In this document: piece by piece, positions 9,446-19,919 of the stretch
How the letters are laid out: every line of letters starts with the position of its first letter
Position numbering within the stretch: the stretch's first letter is position 1
Assembly (NCBI GenBank): GCA_013416795.1
Contig: RQSC01001094.1
Location: 1 to 63,257 of the forward strand
Source of the DNA: Prasinococcaceae sp. CCMP 1430
Taxonomy: Eukaryota > Plantae > Prasinodermophyta
Length of the DNA stretch: 63,257 nucleotides
Direction of reading: 5' to 3'
Translations under genes and position numbers: made by a program
The notes under the pieces: model-generated
What the model saw: the letters and a program-made list of their open reading frames with translations, nothing else
Databases searched by the model: none
What the model was told of the DNA's origin: nothing

Positions 9446-11233
9446 ATGCCCATGCCATCGCGCCGCCGCCGTGGCTGCGCCGGTGGCGTAGCAGCACTGG
9501 CCGCACTGCTGCTACTCCCGGCATTGGGCGCGGTTGTGCTGCAACGCAAGGCCTTCACCGCGCTAGAGTTTACGCGCGGCAACAGGCGGCAGCAGCCGTC
9601 ACGGCGACGGCTGCAGGATGACGCGGGCGAGCGAGAGTCGCTGTGCAGCCGGCTCATGAAAAGGCTACAATGGATGCGAGCAGCTCGCAGCCAATACACT
9701 GTGTCTGATTCCATCGATGTGCAGAGCACGCTGACCAGCAAGGCTATTGACTTTGTGTTCTCCGAAACGTCCGAGGCTCTTGTTGATGCGCCACACGACG
9801 AGGATGCCATTATCAAGGCGTCTGAAGGAGGGGCTGGTGCCGACGCCGGCGCCGACGTCGACGTGAGCGCCGGTGCGTTTGCCATGCGCGCCGACGCCAG
9901 CAAGGCGGTGGCCGCCACTGCGGACAACGTCAGCGTGCTCGACCCGCGCTCCTACCAGTTGCTTGAGCCTGCAGAGTGCGACTCGACACGTGTGCAGCCC
10001 GCGAGTGCCGCCAAGGTGGCGTTCCTCTTCTTTTTGATGCACGCCAGCATGCCTGAGCGCATGTGGCGGGCATTCTTCGAGGGGGTGCCAAGTGAGCAGT
10101 ACCGTATCTACACGCACATCAATCCAGACTGTCCCACTTTCGCGAAGCCAGATCCGCACAACTGCACCTTCGGGCCGGGTTCTCTCTTCCACGGCACCGC
10201 GGTGAGGAATGTGCGCACAGGCGAGGTGCTGCGGATACGTACGGGGCGCTTCTCCTTCAGCCTCGTTCAGGTGGAGCGCTACATGCTCGCTCACGCCCTG
10301 AAGGACGACCCCCTCATCGACAGGTTCGTGCTGCTCAGCGAGAGTAGCGTGCCGATGTGGTCCTTCTCCGCCATCCGACGAGCGGTCATGCTGCAGCCTG
10401 CGATGATCAGCGCCATGAACGACTATTCGAAAGTGATTCACACGCTGCGGGAGCGACAGAGGACGAAATGGGCGCCTGGCAGGCTGGCCAATACGTGGTT
10501 CGAGACGGAGCGCAATAATGTTGCCGCGGCGTATCTAACTGGCACAACCGCCGAGTACAAGACTCTGGTGAGGGCCAACGAATGGGGCAAGAGTTCGCAG
10601 TGGTGGGCACTCACGCGGGCTGAGGCGTGCGCTGTGACCACCGACTGGAAAGTGACCGCGGCGCACGACAAGTCGTGCCATGATGGCGGCAGGTGTGCAG
10701 ACGATGGGACAGACCAGTACAACAACGACTCGTACTACCGCCAGCATGCTCCAGACGAATTCTACTTCCCCACGACCATTGCCCACTACGGCCTCGGCCG
10801 TGGCACAAGTTGCTTCAGTACCCACAACGGCATTTCGTTTCTCCCTATCGAAGGGGGGCATACGGCATCGTATGAAGGCGAGACGCGCTTGCAGGCGCAT
10901 CAGATTGCAACACTTCGCGAGTCGCACTGGAAGGAGGGCGCTATTGATTCGGAAAAAGACGACGACCCCGATCGAGAGGACGCGACTGTCGACTTGACTG
11001 CGCTCAACTCGCAAGAGTACCTCGACGAGTTCTTGCCCGAGCACGTGGCGAGGGGCAAGGGCTGTGACCTGCTCCGTGTGCGCACGATGTGCGGTCTCTT
11101 TGTGCGCAAGGTACCCTACTGGGAGGCAGACTACTATTACTTGGCGCTGAAGAGCGTGTGGAACACCAACGGCACGGGCTTCCCCGAGCCGAGTGGCCCG
11201 GGCTGGCCTTGCGCGTCCTTCTCGCAATACTAG
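9446..11233 (+). CDS. Core-2/I-branching (GT14-like, DUF266/Branch) glycosyltransferase, type II membrane
   Basis: Signal anchor [20 protein letters not shown]. Family motifs: KVAFLFFL, W.AFFEG, YRIYTH, SLVQVERYMLAHAL.DD...RFVLLSESSVP...FSAI, KSSQWWALTR.EA, APDEFYFPT. Confidence 0.85.
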   Translation: MPMPSRRRRGCAGGVAALAALLLLPALGAVVLQRKAFTALEFTRGNRRQQPSRRRLQDDAGERESLCSRLMKRLQWMRAARSQYTVSDSIDVQSTLTSKAIDFVFSETSEALVDAPHDEDAIIKASEGGAGADAGADVDVSAGAFAMRADASKAVAATADNVSVLDPRSYQLLEPAECDSTRVQPASAAKVAFLFFLMHASMPERMWRAFFEGVPSEQYRIYTHINPDCPTFAKPDPHNCTFGPGSLFHGTAVRNVRTGEVLRIRTGRFSFSLVQVERYMLAHALKDDPLIDRFVLLSESSVPMWSFSAIRRAVMLQPAMISAMNDYSKVIHTLRERQRTKWAPGRLANTWFETERNNVAAAYLTGTTAEYKTLVRANEWGKSSQWWALTRAEACAVTTDWKVTAAHDKSCHDGGRCADDGTDQYNNDSYYRQHAPDEFYFPTTIAHYGLGRGTSCFSTHNGISFLPIEGGHTASYEGETRLQAHQIATLRESHWKEGAIDSEKDDDPDREDATVDLTALNSQEYLDEFLPEHVARGKGCDLLRVRTMCGLFVRKVPYWEADYYYLALKSVWNTNGTGFPEPSGPGWPCASFSQY

Positions 11234-12173
11234 CTAGCTGGCCCCACTTCCGCGCGCGCTTGCACTATATAATGATTAAATGAATGCAGTTTGGCGCACC
11301 AGCGCAGATTCGCTTGCTTCCCCCCATCCCACCCCCCGCGCGCGTTGCAGCGCGTGCTGAGAGAGAGAGCCAGAGTACACCTTTGTGACAGGCATGCAAC
11401 CGAGCGGGGCGAGCAAGGTCGATCGTATAGAGTGGGTCCAACGGTCACATGCGTGCGTAACGGGAGTGCGCGATCCTTATCAAAGGGCGGTGGTCACTTT
11501 AAATGACGGTGCGCCGCTGCCGCTGCTGTGCTGAGAATCATCATGAGACCCTCTGACTGACACGGCAGATGCTGCGAGTCCGCCGGTCTCTCGTGCCGCC
11601 AGCCGCGGCACAGCGCGCGCGGCGTGCCCGCCTATCCTGCGGCGGCGGCGGCGTGGGAGTGCCGGGTGCGGCGCTCGCTCGCCGTCCGGCGGTTCCTGCG
11701 CCCGTGCGGCGCGCGCACCTCGCGGCCGCGGGGAGGGCGCGCGAGATTGACGCGCGGACGCGCGCGCGCCGGCGCTCGGCGTGGGCGCCGGCATGTGTGC
11801 GCCAGTCCCTTAGCTGCTCGATGGCAAAAAAAGCTCGCGAGAGCCACACGCGCGCTTGGGGGCGGGAGGGCGGATGGGGGCAGTCAGCGCGTCAATGCAG
11901 GCAGCGGCTGCCATCGCCACGAATCACGGCTGCGAGCGCTGTGAGTTGGCGGTATCGGATGCCGCTTCGCGGCATCATCGCGCGGGTCAACCCGTCAACG
12001 TTGGCAGAGGCTGCCAAGTGCTCCCTCGCGGGCTACTGGCGCAGCTCGCCGGTAGCAGCCACTCGTCTCGCGGCGCGCGCGCGCTGTGCGAGCTCCCCCC
12101 CCCTCCCCCCCCTTCCCCTTCCCTTCCCCCTGTCCTTCCCCCGTCCCGCCGGCGTGCTGCTCTCCGCTGAGCT

Positions 12174-13574
12174 GTGCGCATGTGCGTGGTGGGCGGTGCG
12201 CTTCGGCGCCCGCCCGCGCCCTCCTTCGGTGACGCCGCAGAGGACGACGCCCTCACCGTAAGCTGCGAATGGGAGTCGCGGCCCATAGGGCTGTCGCCCA
12301 AGGGGCGGTCGTCCAGAAGGCTGTCGCCCATAGGGCTGTCGCCCCAGTCGTCGCTCGAGTGGCCGCGCTCGCCTGTCGACAGCGCCGCTGCCGACTCGGC
12401 GTCGTCAGAAGAGGGCGAGCAGCAGCATGAGCAGCCGCAGCAGCACGAGCAAGAGGACCAGGGGCAAGGGGAGGCGCACCGTCCGCAGCAGGAGCAGCGA
12501 CCGAGCGGGTCGATGGCAGACGCACGCGGGCGGCGAGGGGCGAGGGGCGCCGACGACGGGGGAGGCGGAGGGGGCAGCGATGAGGAGGGCCGTAAGCGCC
12601 GGCGGCTGCCTCGCGGCGGCTGCGCCGCTGAGGGTGCGGACGAACCCGGCGACGATGCGGCCGCGCTGGCACAATTGGGAGGGCCTGATGTGAGTGCTGG
12701 CGGCGGCGAGACCAGCAACACCGACGACAGCGCCGCCATGCAAGAGCGCCTTTCACTAGTGCACCGCATGGACGCATCCATCGCTGCGCGCATGCTTGCT
12801 TCGGGGGATCTCGCAGGGAAGGTCAACAGCGGATCGCAGACCACCCCTGCCAATGGCACTACCACTACCAGCGGCTGCGGTGGTGATCTCCGCGGCGGCA
12901 CTGTCGGGCGTGGGGCGAGCAGCAGTAGCGACGACGGTGCGGGACGCAGCGGCGCGCGGCACAGGCGCGGAGGGGGGGGTGCAAGAGGAGGGAAAGCCAA
13001 CGATGCCCCTGATCGTTCGACAGGAAACGACTCTGCGCGAGCGGGCTCCAACGGCAGTGGTGGCGCGACGAAGCGCCAGCGCTGCCTCCAAGACCCGAGC
13101 GACGCCATAGCAGTCCCTACACCGCCGGCACACACGTGCTCGCCCTATGTGCACTACTCGGGCGCGTCGCTTGCTCGCACCCCCGCGACTACCGCCATCA
13201 TCGCCGGCAGCGGCTACGACGCGTACGGAATGCCTCCGTCTTCGTCGACCACCAACTCGCAAGCGTTGCTGTCGTTGCTCGGTACAGATCCATTGCCCAT
13301 CAACGCGCCCGCGGCTGAGATTGCGCCAGCATCGCTGGCTGTGCTCGCGCCGTTTACGCAGGCAATGCGGAAGTTGCCGCTCAGAGACCGACTCTCGACT
13401 ACTCTCCAGCACGTTTTGCCTGCTTCTCTTCCGGCGTCTGCGCCGCCGCTGTCCGTGCTCGCACAGTGGGACGCGCCCGTTCACGCGCTCAACCAAAGTA
13501 CTGCGGCAGCTGCAGCTGCGCAGTCGCTCATCGCTGGCATGTTGGTCGAGAATGCCTCCGACTCTCCCGAGTGA
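12174..13574 (+). CDS. Hypothetical low-complexity protein, possibly nuclear
   Basis: 466-codon ORF, G/S/D/Q-rich, with basic clusters RKRRRL and KRQR, followed by an AT-richer 3' region. Start uncertain; no domain recognised. Confidence 0.45.
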   Translation: MRMCVVGGALRRPPAPSFGDAAEDDALTVSCEWESRPIGLSPKGRSSRRLSPIGLSPQSSLEWPRSPVDSAAADSASSEEGEQQHEQPQQHEQEDQGQGEAHRPQQEQRPSGSMADARGRRGARGADDGGGGGGSDEEGRKRRRLPRGGCAAEGADEPGDDAAALAQLGGPDVSAGGGETSNTDDSAAMQERLSLVHRMDASIAARMLASGDLAGKVNSGSQTTPANGTTTTSGCGGDLRGGTVGRGASSSSDDGAGRSGARHRRGGGGARGGKANDAPDRSTGNDSARAGSNGSGGATKRQRCLQDPSDAIAVPTPPAHTCSPYVHYSGASLARTPATTAIIAGSGYDAYGMPPSSSTTNSQALLSLLGTDPLPINAPAAEIAPASLAVLAPFTQAMRKLPLRDRLSTTLQHVLPASLPASAPPLSVLAQWDAPVHALNQSTAAAAAAQSLIAGMLVENASDSPE

Positions 13575-13593
13575 GGTCGGACCGAGCGAACAG

Positions 13594-13614
13594 ACACACA
13601 CACACACACACACA
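13594..13614. repeat. (CA)n microsatellite
   Basis: ACACAC... run. Confidence 0.9.
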
Positions 13615-13968
13615 TCAAATAGGTCTACACTCATATACTTCGAAGTATACGCTACACATACTCCAACCCTGCTATATATATGCAACAAGCAGCGCCCAAC
13701 CACCGTCCAGGGCACGCCACCACCGATCACGCACCATCGATGTTTCCACCCGTTCTTACCACCGAAGACTACTTGGCAACCACATGTGCCACTTCCCATG
13801 CTTCAGTACCACCTCGACCGTGCACATTTTCTCGCGCTTCAGAAGGCAGCAGCTTTGTACAAAAACTCACGAATTACAAACAGGCGACGGTGTCGCGCGC
13901 AGGACGGGGGCGGTAGATGAATCGCCGGGGTTGCGCCTGCGAGCCCACAGTGGGTGGCGACGGGCGCA

Positions 13969-16401
13969 CTACCCGCCGAAACAACCGCACATAGGCTGCT
14001 TCTTCGGTGTAGGTGCCGGCGCGGGTTCCAATGGTTTCGGCGGCGGGGGCGGAGGCGGCGCGATCGCGGCCTCGTACGTCTCCCACAGCCCCACCTGCGC
14101 CCACGGCCCGCCGAAAGCCGTCATAGCAGCCTGCGACGAGACCCGTCCTGCGAATTGCGCCTTCGAGACCACGCCCGATGTATAGAGAGCCTTCATGGCC
14201 GCGCGGTCGCTGGGCAGCCCACACTTGTCCAGGAATTTGGCGAGCGCGCGCAGCTTGAGCATCTCAGACGCGCTAGGCGACCGACCTGCGTTCGGCGCCC
14301 TCTCCGCAGTCGCCTTGGGCGCCGTGCCTGCGCCGCCATCGGGGCGAACGTCAGCAGCAACGCGGCCGACGTCGGCCCCATCCAATCGCACGGCCTCCTC
14401 GGAGGCCCCCTCCTCCTCCTTCCCTGCCTCTTCCTCCGCCTCGACAACGGCCTCGGCAGCGTCGAGCGCCTTGCGCGCGTAGGGCCGCCAGAGCTCGCAC
14501 GCCGATACGTCCATGCCGAACGAGTGCAGCACGCCGCGCAGCAGCAGCACGAAACGCATGACCATCCACATCTGGCTGTCGAAGCCGATCTCCACGCTCT
14601 GGCCCAGCCCGCCCTGCGCGAAGGGCGAGGCGAGCGCGTCGTCCACCGCGCGCGTGTCGAACAGGATGTACGCCACGGTCACCGCCTTGTCCATGCCACC
14701 CGCGTCGCCGCCCATGCGCTGCTCCGCACCCTCCTTGAGGGTCACGTCCAGGCCCGCCGAAGCCATCGCATCCCGAATGGTAGCCTCGTCCCCTTCAGCG
14801 AGCATCTCAACCATGTTCGCGAACACTACGCGAATCTCGGGCGTGAGCACCTTGGTCTGACCGAAGTCTAGCAGCGCGAGCCGGCCGTCGCGCATCATCA
14901 TGAGATTGCCGGGGTGCGGATCAGCGTGGAAGACGCCGTCGACGAACATCGCATGGCCGTACGAGCGCAGCAGCTCGATGAGCGCCTCGGGCACCGCCTC
15001 GATCATGGCGCGCTCCTTGTCGCCGAGCGGCTCGCCGCCCGGCGCACTTTCGGCCTCCTTCGCGCGCAGCAGCGCTGAAAGGGGCTCGCCGTACACGCGC
15101 TCCATCACGAGGAGGCGCTCCGACGACACCGCATCCACGCACGCAGGCACGTAGATGGTCTTGTCGAAGCCCGCCGCGGACAGCGTGGCTTTGACGTGCT
15201 TCTGCATCTCGCGCTCGCGGTCGAAGTCGAACTCCAGCGGAATCTGCTTGAGGCTCTCTTCGGCGATGGGCATGATGTCCAGAGGCAGGTAGGGGCTAAT
15301 GAAACGCGCGACGCGCCGCAAGTTGAGCAAGTCTGCGCCGATGAGCGCCTCGAGTCCGCGGTGCTGCACCTTGATTACCACGTCCGTCGTAGGCGCGCCG
15401 GCGGCCTCGGCCACATCGGCGCGCAGCGTGGCGGCATGCACCTGCCCGATGGAGGCCGCCGCCAACGCCTCCTCGTCCACGCTCTCAAACACGTCGGCAG
15501 GCCCGACGGACTCCGCGCCGTCGCGGCCAAGCGGTGACATGAGCAGCTGCTCAGCGATCGAGAGCTCGACGTCGGTCCACGGGCGCGGCGGGTGCATGTC
15601 AAAGAGCACGTTGAGGCGCTCAATCCACTGCCGCGGCATGAATTCCCCCTTGGAAGCCATCACCTGCGCGGACTTCACATAGAAGCCACTCATCGCGAGG
15701 ACGAGCTCATACACCTTCTCGCCGCCCCACTCGTGCGTCTGGTCCCAGCGCGCGTGCCTCTTTTCTGCGGGCAGGCCACGCACCGCGCGTTGCACGCGGA
15801 TGTATCGCAGGAAGATGGGCATCATGCGCCGCCAGAACCCCAGCGCGCGGCGGTCGCCTGGCGAGAAGTGCGCGAGCATCCCCTCGAGCGCGAAGACGGC
15901 CGCCGCAGGCACGCTCAGCCACTTCATGCGCGCGTCTACCTCGGCGAGCGCGCGCTCGATGGGTGGCCCCGCGCCGCCGTCGTTGTATCCGGGCGTCCCG
16001 CCGCCGCCGCCGCCTCCGAGCATCTCGCAGATGCTCTTGCGGCAGGGCGGTGACGCCGCCATCGCCAGGATTGCCACCCCGCGCCACACGCGCGCAGGCA
16101 GCAGCGCCGACGCGCCAAAAAGCGCGCCCGAGCGCGCCGCGACGGATGCGCCGCGTCGCGCGAGCCGCGCGCCGAGCCGCATCGCGCCAGCAGCGGCGCT
16201 CGCGCGCCCGCGCGCCCCCGTGCCCCCCGCATCAGCAGCCTCGGCCGCATCCATGCCCTCCACCGCCGCCGCAGCTGCTACCTTCGCCAACCCCTCCATT
16301 GCGCACCCCACCGCTGCTGGGCGGCGGCAGAGTGGCATCCGTTCGCAGCGCTTCGGCCTGCCGCGCTGTCCTGCTGCTGCGGCTCGCGCGGCGGCGCCCA
16401 T
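13969..16401 (-). CDS. ABC1/UbiB (ABC1K) atypical protein kinase
   Basis: GFYVKSAQVMASK..F, ALAAASIGQVHAATL, VVIKVQH, EFDFDRE, LLVMERVYG, DGVFHADPHPGNLM, LALLDFGQTK. ATG at 16401 or 16290. Confidence 0.92.
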   Translation of the reverse strand: MGAAARAAAAGQRGRPKRCERMPLCRRPAAVGCAMEGLAKVAAAAAVEGMDAAEAADAGGTGARGRASAAAGAMRLGARLARRGASVAARSGALFGASALLPARVWRGVAILAMAASPPCRKSICEMLGGGGGGGTPGYNDGGAGPPIERALAEVDARMKWLSVPAAAVFALEGMLAHFSPGDRRALGFWRRMMPIFLRYIRVQRAVRGLPAEKRHARWDQTHEWGGEKVYELVLAMSGFYVKSAQVMASKGEFMPRQWIERLNVLFDMHPPRPWTDVELSIAEQLLMSPLGRDGAESVGPADVFESVDEEALAAASIGQVHAATLRADVAEAAGAPTTDVVIKVQHRGLEALIGADLLNLRRVARFISPYLPLDIMPIAEESLKQIPLEFDFDREREMQKHVKATLSAAGFDKTIYVPACVDAVSSERLLVMERVYGEPLSALLRAKEAESAPGGEPLGDKERAMIEAVPEALIELLRSYGHAMFVDGVFHADPHPGNLMMMRDGRLALLDFGQTKVLTPEIRVVFANMVEMLAEGDEATIRDAMASAGLDVTLKEGAEQRMGGDAGGMDKAVTVAYILFDTRAVDDALASPFAQGGLGQSVEIGFDSQMWMVMRFVLLLRGVLHSFGMDVSACELWRPYARKALDAAEAVVEAEEEAGKEEEGASEEAVRLDGADVGRVAADVRPDGGAGTAPKATAERAPNAGRSPSASEMLKLRALAKFLDKCGLPSDRAAMKALYTSGVVSKAQFAGRVSSQAAMTAFGGPWAQVGLWETYEAAIAPPPPPPPKPLEPAPAPTPKKQPMCGCFGG

Positions 16402-16439
16402 CCGCAGGCGCGGCTGCGCGGCAGTCGCGGCGGCGGCGA

Positions 16440-17178
16440 GCAACTACCAGCTCGACTTCGGTGGAGGAGTCGATGGTGGCGGTGGGCGCATCGTGTTTGT
16501 CGCAAGCGCACAAGCCAAGCACGACCTGGCGCCCTTGAAAGACCATTTCAACGACACAAACACACCATCCATCAGGGACATGCTTCAGGGATGGCATTCC
16601 GGGCATCGCGGGTCGCCTCATGCGTCGAAGAAACAGATCAAAAAATGCCGCAAAGCCGGCTTGCGAGCATGGTCGCGGGAGTGCATTGCACTCACCGGCG
16701 TGGACGACGCGCTCGCCGCCGCCGTCGCCGCCGGTGGTCTCTCGGGCATCACCACCGCCTCGCCTGGGTCTTTGCAGCCGGCAGAGCCTGCGGAGAAGGT
16801 CGTCCTGGTGCATACGCAGCGCGATCCGATAGCGACGGCCGTGTCAGGCATGATGTACTTCAACAAGAAACTTGCCCTGAATGCTGACGGGAAGATCGTG
16901 CGGTCTGACACCAACGAGCCACCCGATGCCGACGATGTGGTTGAGGCTTGCACGGAGAGCGCAGTACACATGGTGCTCTTCCATTGGGTCGCCACGCAAG
17001 CCCTGCCATCGCTGGGCTATGATGTGCGAACGTTCGAGTACGCCGACGAGCGCGGCACAACACGCGCATGGCTACGACAGCTTAGCGACGCGCTGGGACT
17101 GACCAGTATGCCCGAGTCAGCCATCGAGAGGGTCTGCGAGGAGATCGATCCAGACCGCATGCGCGCCTTGCAGAACGA
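16440..17178 (+). CDS. Sulfotransferase paralog fragment (copy 1; middle of gene only)
   Basis: Intact 3'-PB motif VVLVHTQRDPIATAVSGMMY. Homology to 18666 onward begins abruptly 39 bp from the ABC1 ATG and ends in the N gap. Confidence 0.7.
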
Positions 17179-17369
17179 NNNNNNNNNNNNNNNNNNNNNN
17201 NNNNNNNNNNNNNNNNNNNNNNNNNNNNNNNNNNNNNNNNNNNNNNNNNNNNNNNNNNNNNNNNNNNNNNNNNNNNNNNNNNNNNNNNNNNNNNNNNNNN
17301 NNNNNNNNNNNNNNNNNNNNNNNNNNNNNNNNNNNNNNNNNNNNNNNNNNNNNNNNNNNNNNNNNNNNN
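17179..17369. other. Assembly gap (191 N)
   Basis: Run of N. Confidence 1.
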
Positions 17370-18046
17370 CCCCCACCGCCGGCGGCAGGAGGGGCCGAAG
17401 CCGCAGCGGGCGGCCGATCGGCGGCCGCCGCTGCGGGCCCTAGAGCGAGCGAGGCGTCCCGCCCGGTGCGCTCGCTCGCTCTCGCGCGCGCCCGCGCATA
17501 TCCGCTCGCCGCGGATTCGGGGAACGGCGAACACTCGACGCTTCGCATCGCATTTCGGACGCGGCTTCCGCGCGTCGCGACGGGCCGACGCACATGTCCC
17601 GCCATCCGTCCCGAAAACGCGCGGCGACGCGTTCGCGCGCGCGAACCCCACGTTGCGCGCGAAACCCAATCCATATTTAAGGTATTTGATTTGGCACAAC
17701 GCCGTCGTGATGGTAAAAGAGCGTCTGCTGAGATTCCGCTCTCGAGAGATTGGATGCATAATAGGGTTCAAATTTTGGGACGCGCGAGCGAAGTTCGCGA
17801 CGATCCCGATGCCCCGCTCGCGCCGCGCGGTGCGGCTGTTGGAGATTTGAATTTTCGATTTTGGATCGTTGAAGGCGGTGCTTGTAAACCGACCGTCCAA
17901 ACGCGTACCGTACGACGCCCCCCACCCCGAGCTGCTGGGGAAGGGGGGGGGCACTGCGGGCGCCAGCGGGCGGGGCGCGGGGCGTGGAGGTGCCACTGCG
18001 CGCGTGGGGCCGTGGGTAGCGCCCCTCCTCATTCGGTCTGGGCGCG

Positions 18047-19705
18047 ATGGCGGCCGGCCGCGGCCGAGCGACGCGGACGGGTGGGCCCGCTGCGGGGCTG
18101 ATAGCGCTGCTCGCGCTGCTCACAGCGACGAAAGCCGCGGGGCGTGCGTCGGCGACTTTGGAGGGACGCACGGCGGCTGCTGTGGTTGATGGCGACATGC
18201 CCCCGCTGCGGCTCGCTCCGGAGCTCGCCCGTGCGCTCGCACAACCTGAGGGAGGTCAAGGTGAGACAGGAAGGACGCACTCGTGCGCGCCGCGTGCGCG
18301 TCTGGGCGTTAGCGCGCGTGGGGCGTTCACTGCGCCCCACGTCCGTGCGCGCGCGCACGCCACGGTGCCTTCGTGTTCTGAGTTGGACGGGCGAGTTCAC
18401 CAGTCAGCTTGCTCTAGCTCTGACTCGCTCCGTCGCCCGCACTGTGACTGCACGCGCGCAAATCCGTTTACCGCTGCACCTGCACCCATGCCTCGCCACA
18501 ACGCACACGCATGCGCAGGCGGGCGCAGAGATCGCGCCGTGCGCACGGTGATTCTGACGGACAGTAAGCCCAAGACCGGCACGACTGTTTTGGAATGGGC
18601 CGCCGCCGCGCTCTTGCGAGAGGCTGCCAAAATCCTGGAGAATGCAACCTTCAGCGATGAGTCCCGCAACTACCAGCTCGACTTCGGTGGAGGAGTCGAT
18701 GGTGGCGGTGGGCGCATCGTGTTTGTCGCAAGCGCACAAGCCAAGCAGCTGGACCGCGGGAACTTTCTGGTAAAGTTGCTGTGTTTGTGTGGTAGGTAGT
18801 CCAAAATGCTTACGGGGCATCATTCGTCGCGTCATTCGTCGAAGAACAATATCAATAAGTGCCCCAAAGCCGGCTTGCGAGCATGGTCGCCGGAGTGCAT
18901 TGCACTCACCGGCGTAGACGACGCGCTCGCCGCCGCCGACGCCGCCGGTGGTCTCCGGGGCATCACCACCGCCTCGCCTGGGTCTTTGCAGCCGGCAGAG
19001 TCTGCGGAGAAGGTCGTCCTGGTGCATACGCAGCGTCTAGGCTATCGCTGCCGGCACAGTCCGTACTACATGAAGTTGTTCTTTGAACGGGTGAATGCTG
19101 ACGGGAAGATCGTGCGGTCTGACACCAACGAGCCACCCGATGCCGACGATGTGGTTGAGGCTTGCACGGAGAGCGCAGTACACATGGTGCTCTTCCATTG
19201 GGTCGCCACGCAAGCCCTGCCATCGCTGGGCTATGATGTGCGAACGTTCGAGTACGCCGACGAGCGCGGCACAACACGCGCATGGCTACGACAGCTTAGC
19301 GACGCGCTGGGACTGACCAGTATGCCCGAGTCAGCCATCGAGAGGGTCTGCGAGGAGATCGATCCAGACCGCATGCGCGCCTTGCAGAACGAGATCAACT
19401 CAGGCCACAAGCGTTCGGGCGGTCAGCACTACGCCGGCTTGGGCGGGAGCGGAGGGTCGGCCAACAAGCGCAAGGTTGCCACGGCGAGCGCGCGCGCCTA
19501 CGAGACGCAACTCTCGCCCGACGTGGTCGCACGCTGCAAGGCCGCGGCGGCATTCCACCTGCCGCGTGACCTCGCCGAGTTGTACTACGGGGAGGAGGAC
19601 GAAGAAGCGCCGCTGCCTCGAGCGACTACCTCGGGCTCTACTTTCTTATCGACCCTCGGTCGGAGTCAACAATGCGCTAGGTTCGGCCTAGGATATATCC
19701 GTTAG
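18047..19705 (+). CDS. Secretory-pathway sulfotransferase (P-loop, PKTGTT), copy 2; apparent stop at 18797 and scrambled 3'-PB motif arise from complemented blocks
   Basis: Signal peptide GLIALLALLTATKAAG, 5'-PSB VILTDSKPKTGTTVLEW (about 18569), FEYADE, ERVCEEI, and a C-terminal LSPDVVARC...AFHLP. ORFs 18047..18799 and 18806..19705 are in the same frame. Possible intron from GTGAGA 18261. Confidence 0.75.
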
Positions 19706-19919
19706 ACTATATACAGTACAGTACGTTTTTCCGTTCCAGAATGATCATTTGTTTGTACGAAAGAACTGCTCTTTTTGGCGCCAAATTGTATCAGTCTATG
19801 GTTACCGTTTCCGTTTCTAAGGATGACCGTCCGGGGATTTCGGGCCAAAAAGGATGACCTTCCTGGGAAAATCGCGTGTGAGTCCTCAACGTCGATAAAG
19901 ATGCTCCATTGTCGCGGTC

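Noticed and set aside
18770-18799. Possible 30-nt intron or stop-codon readthrough removing the TAG in ST copy 2
   Set aside because: The segment is fully explained as the complement of the intact paralog sequence and aligns without a gap.
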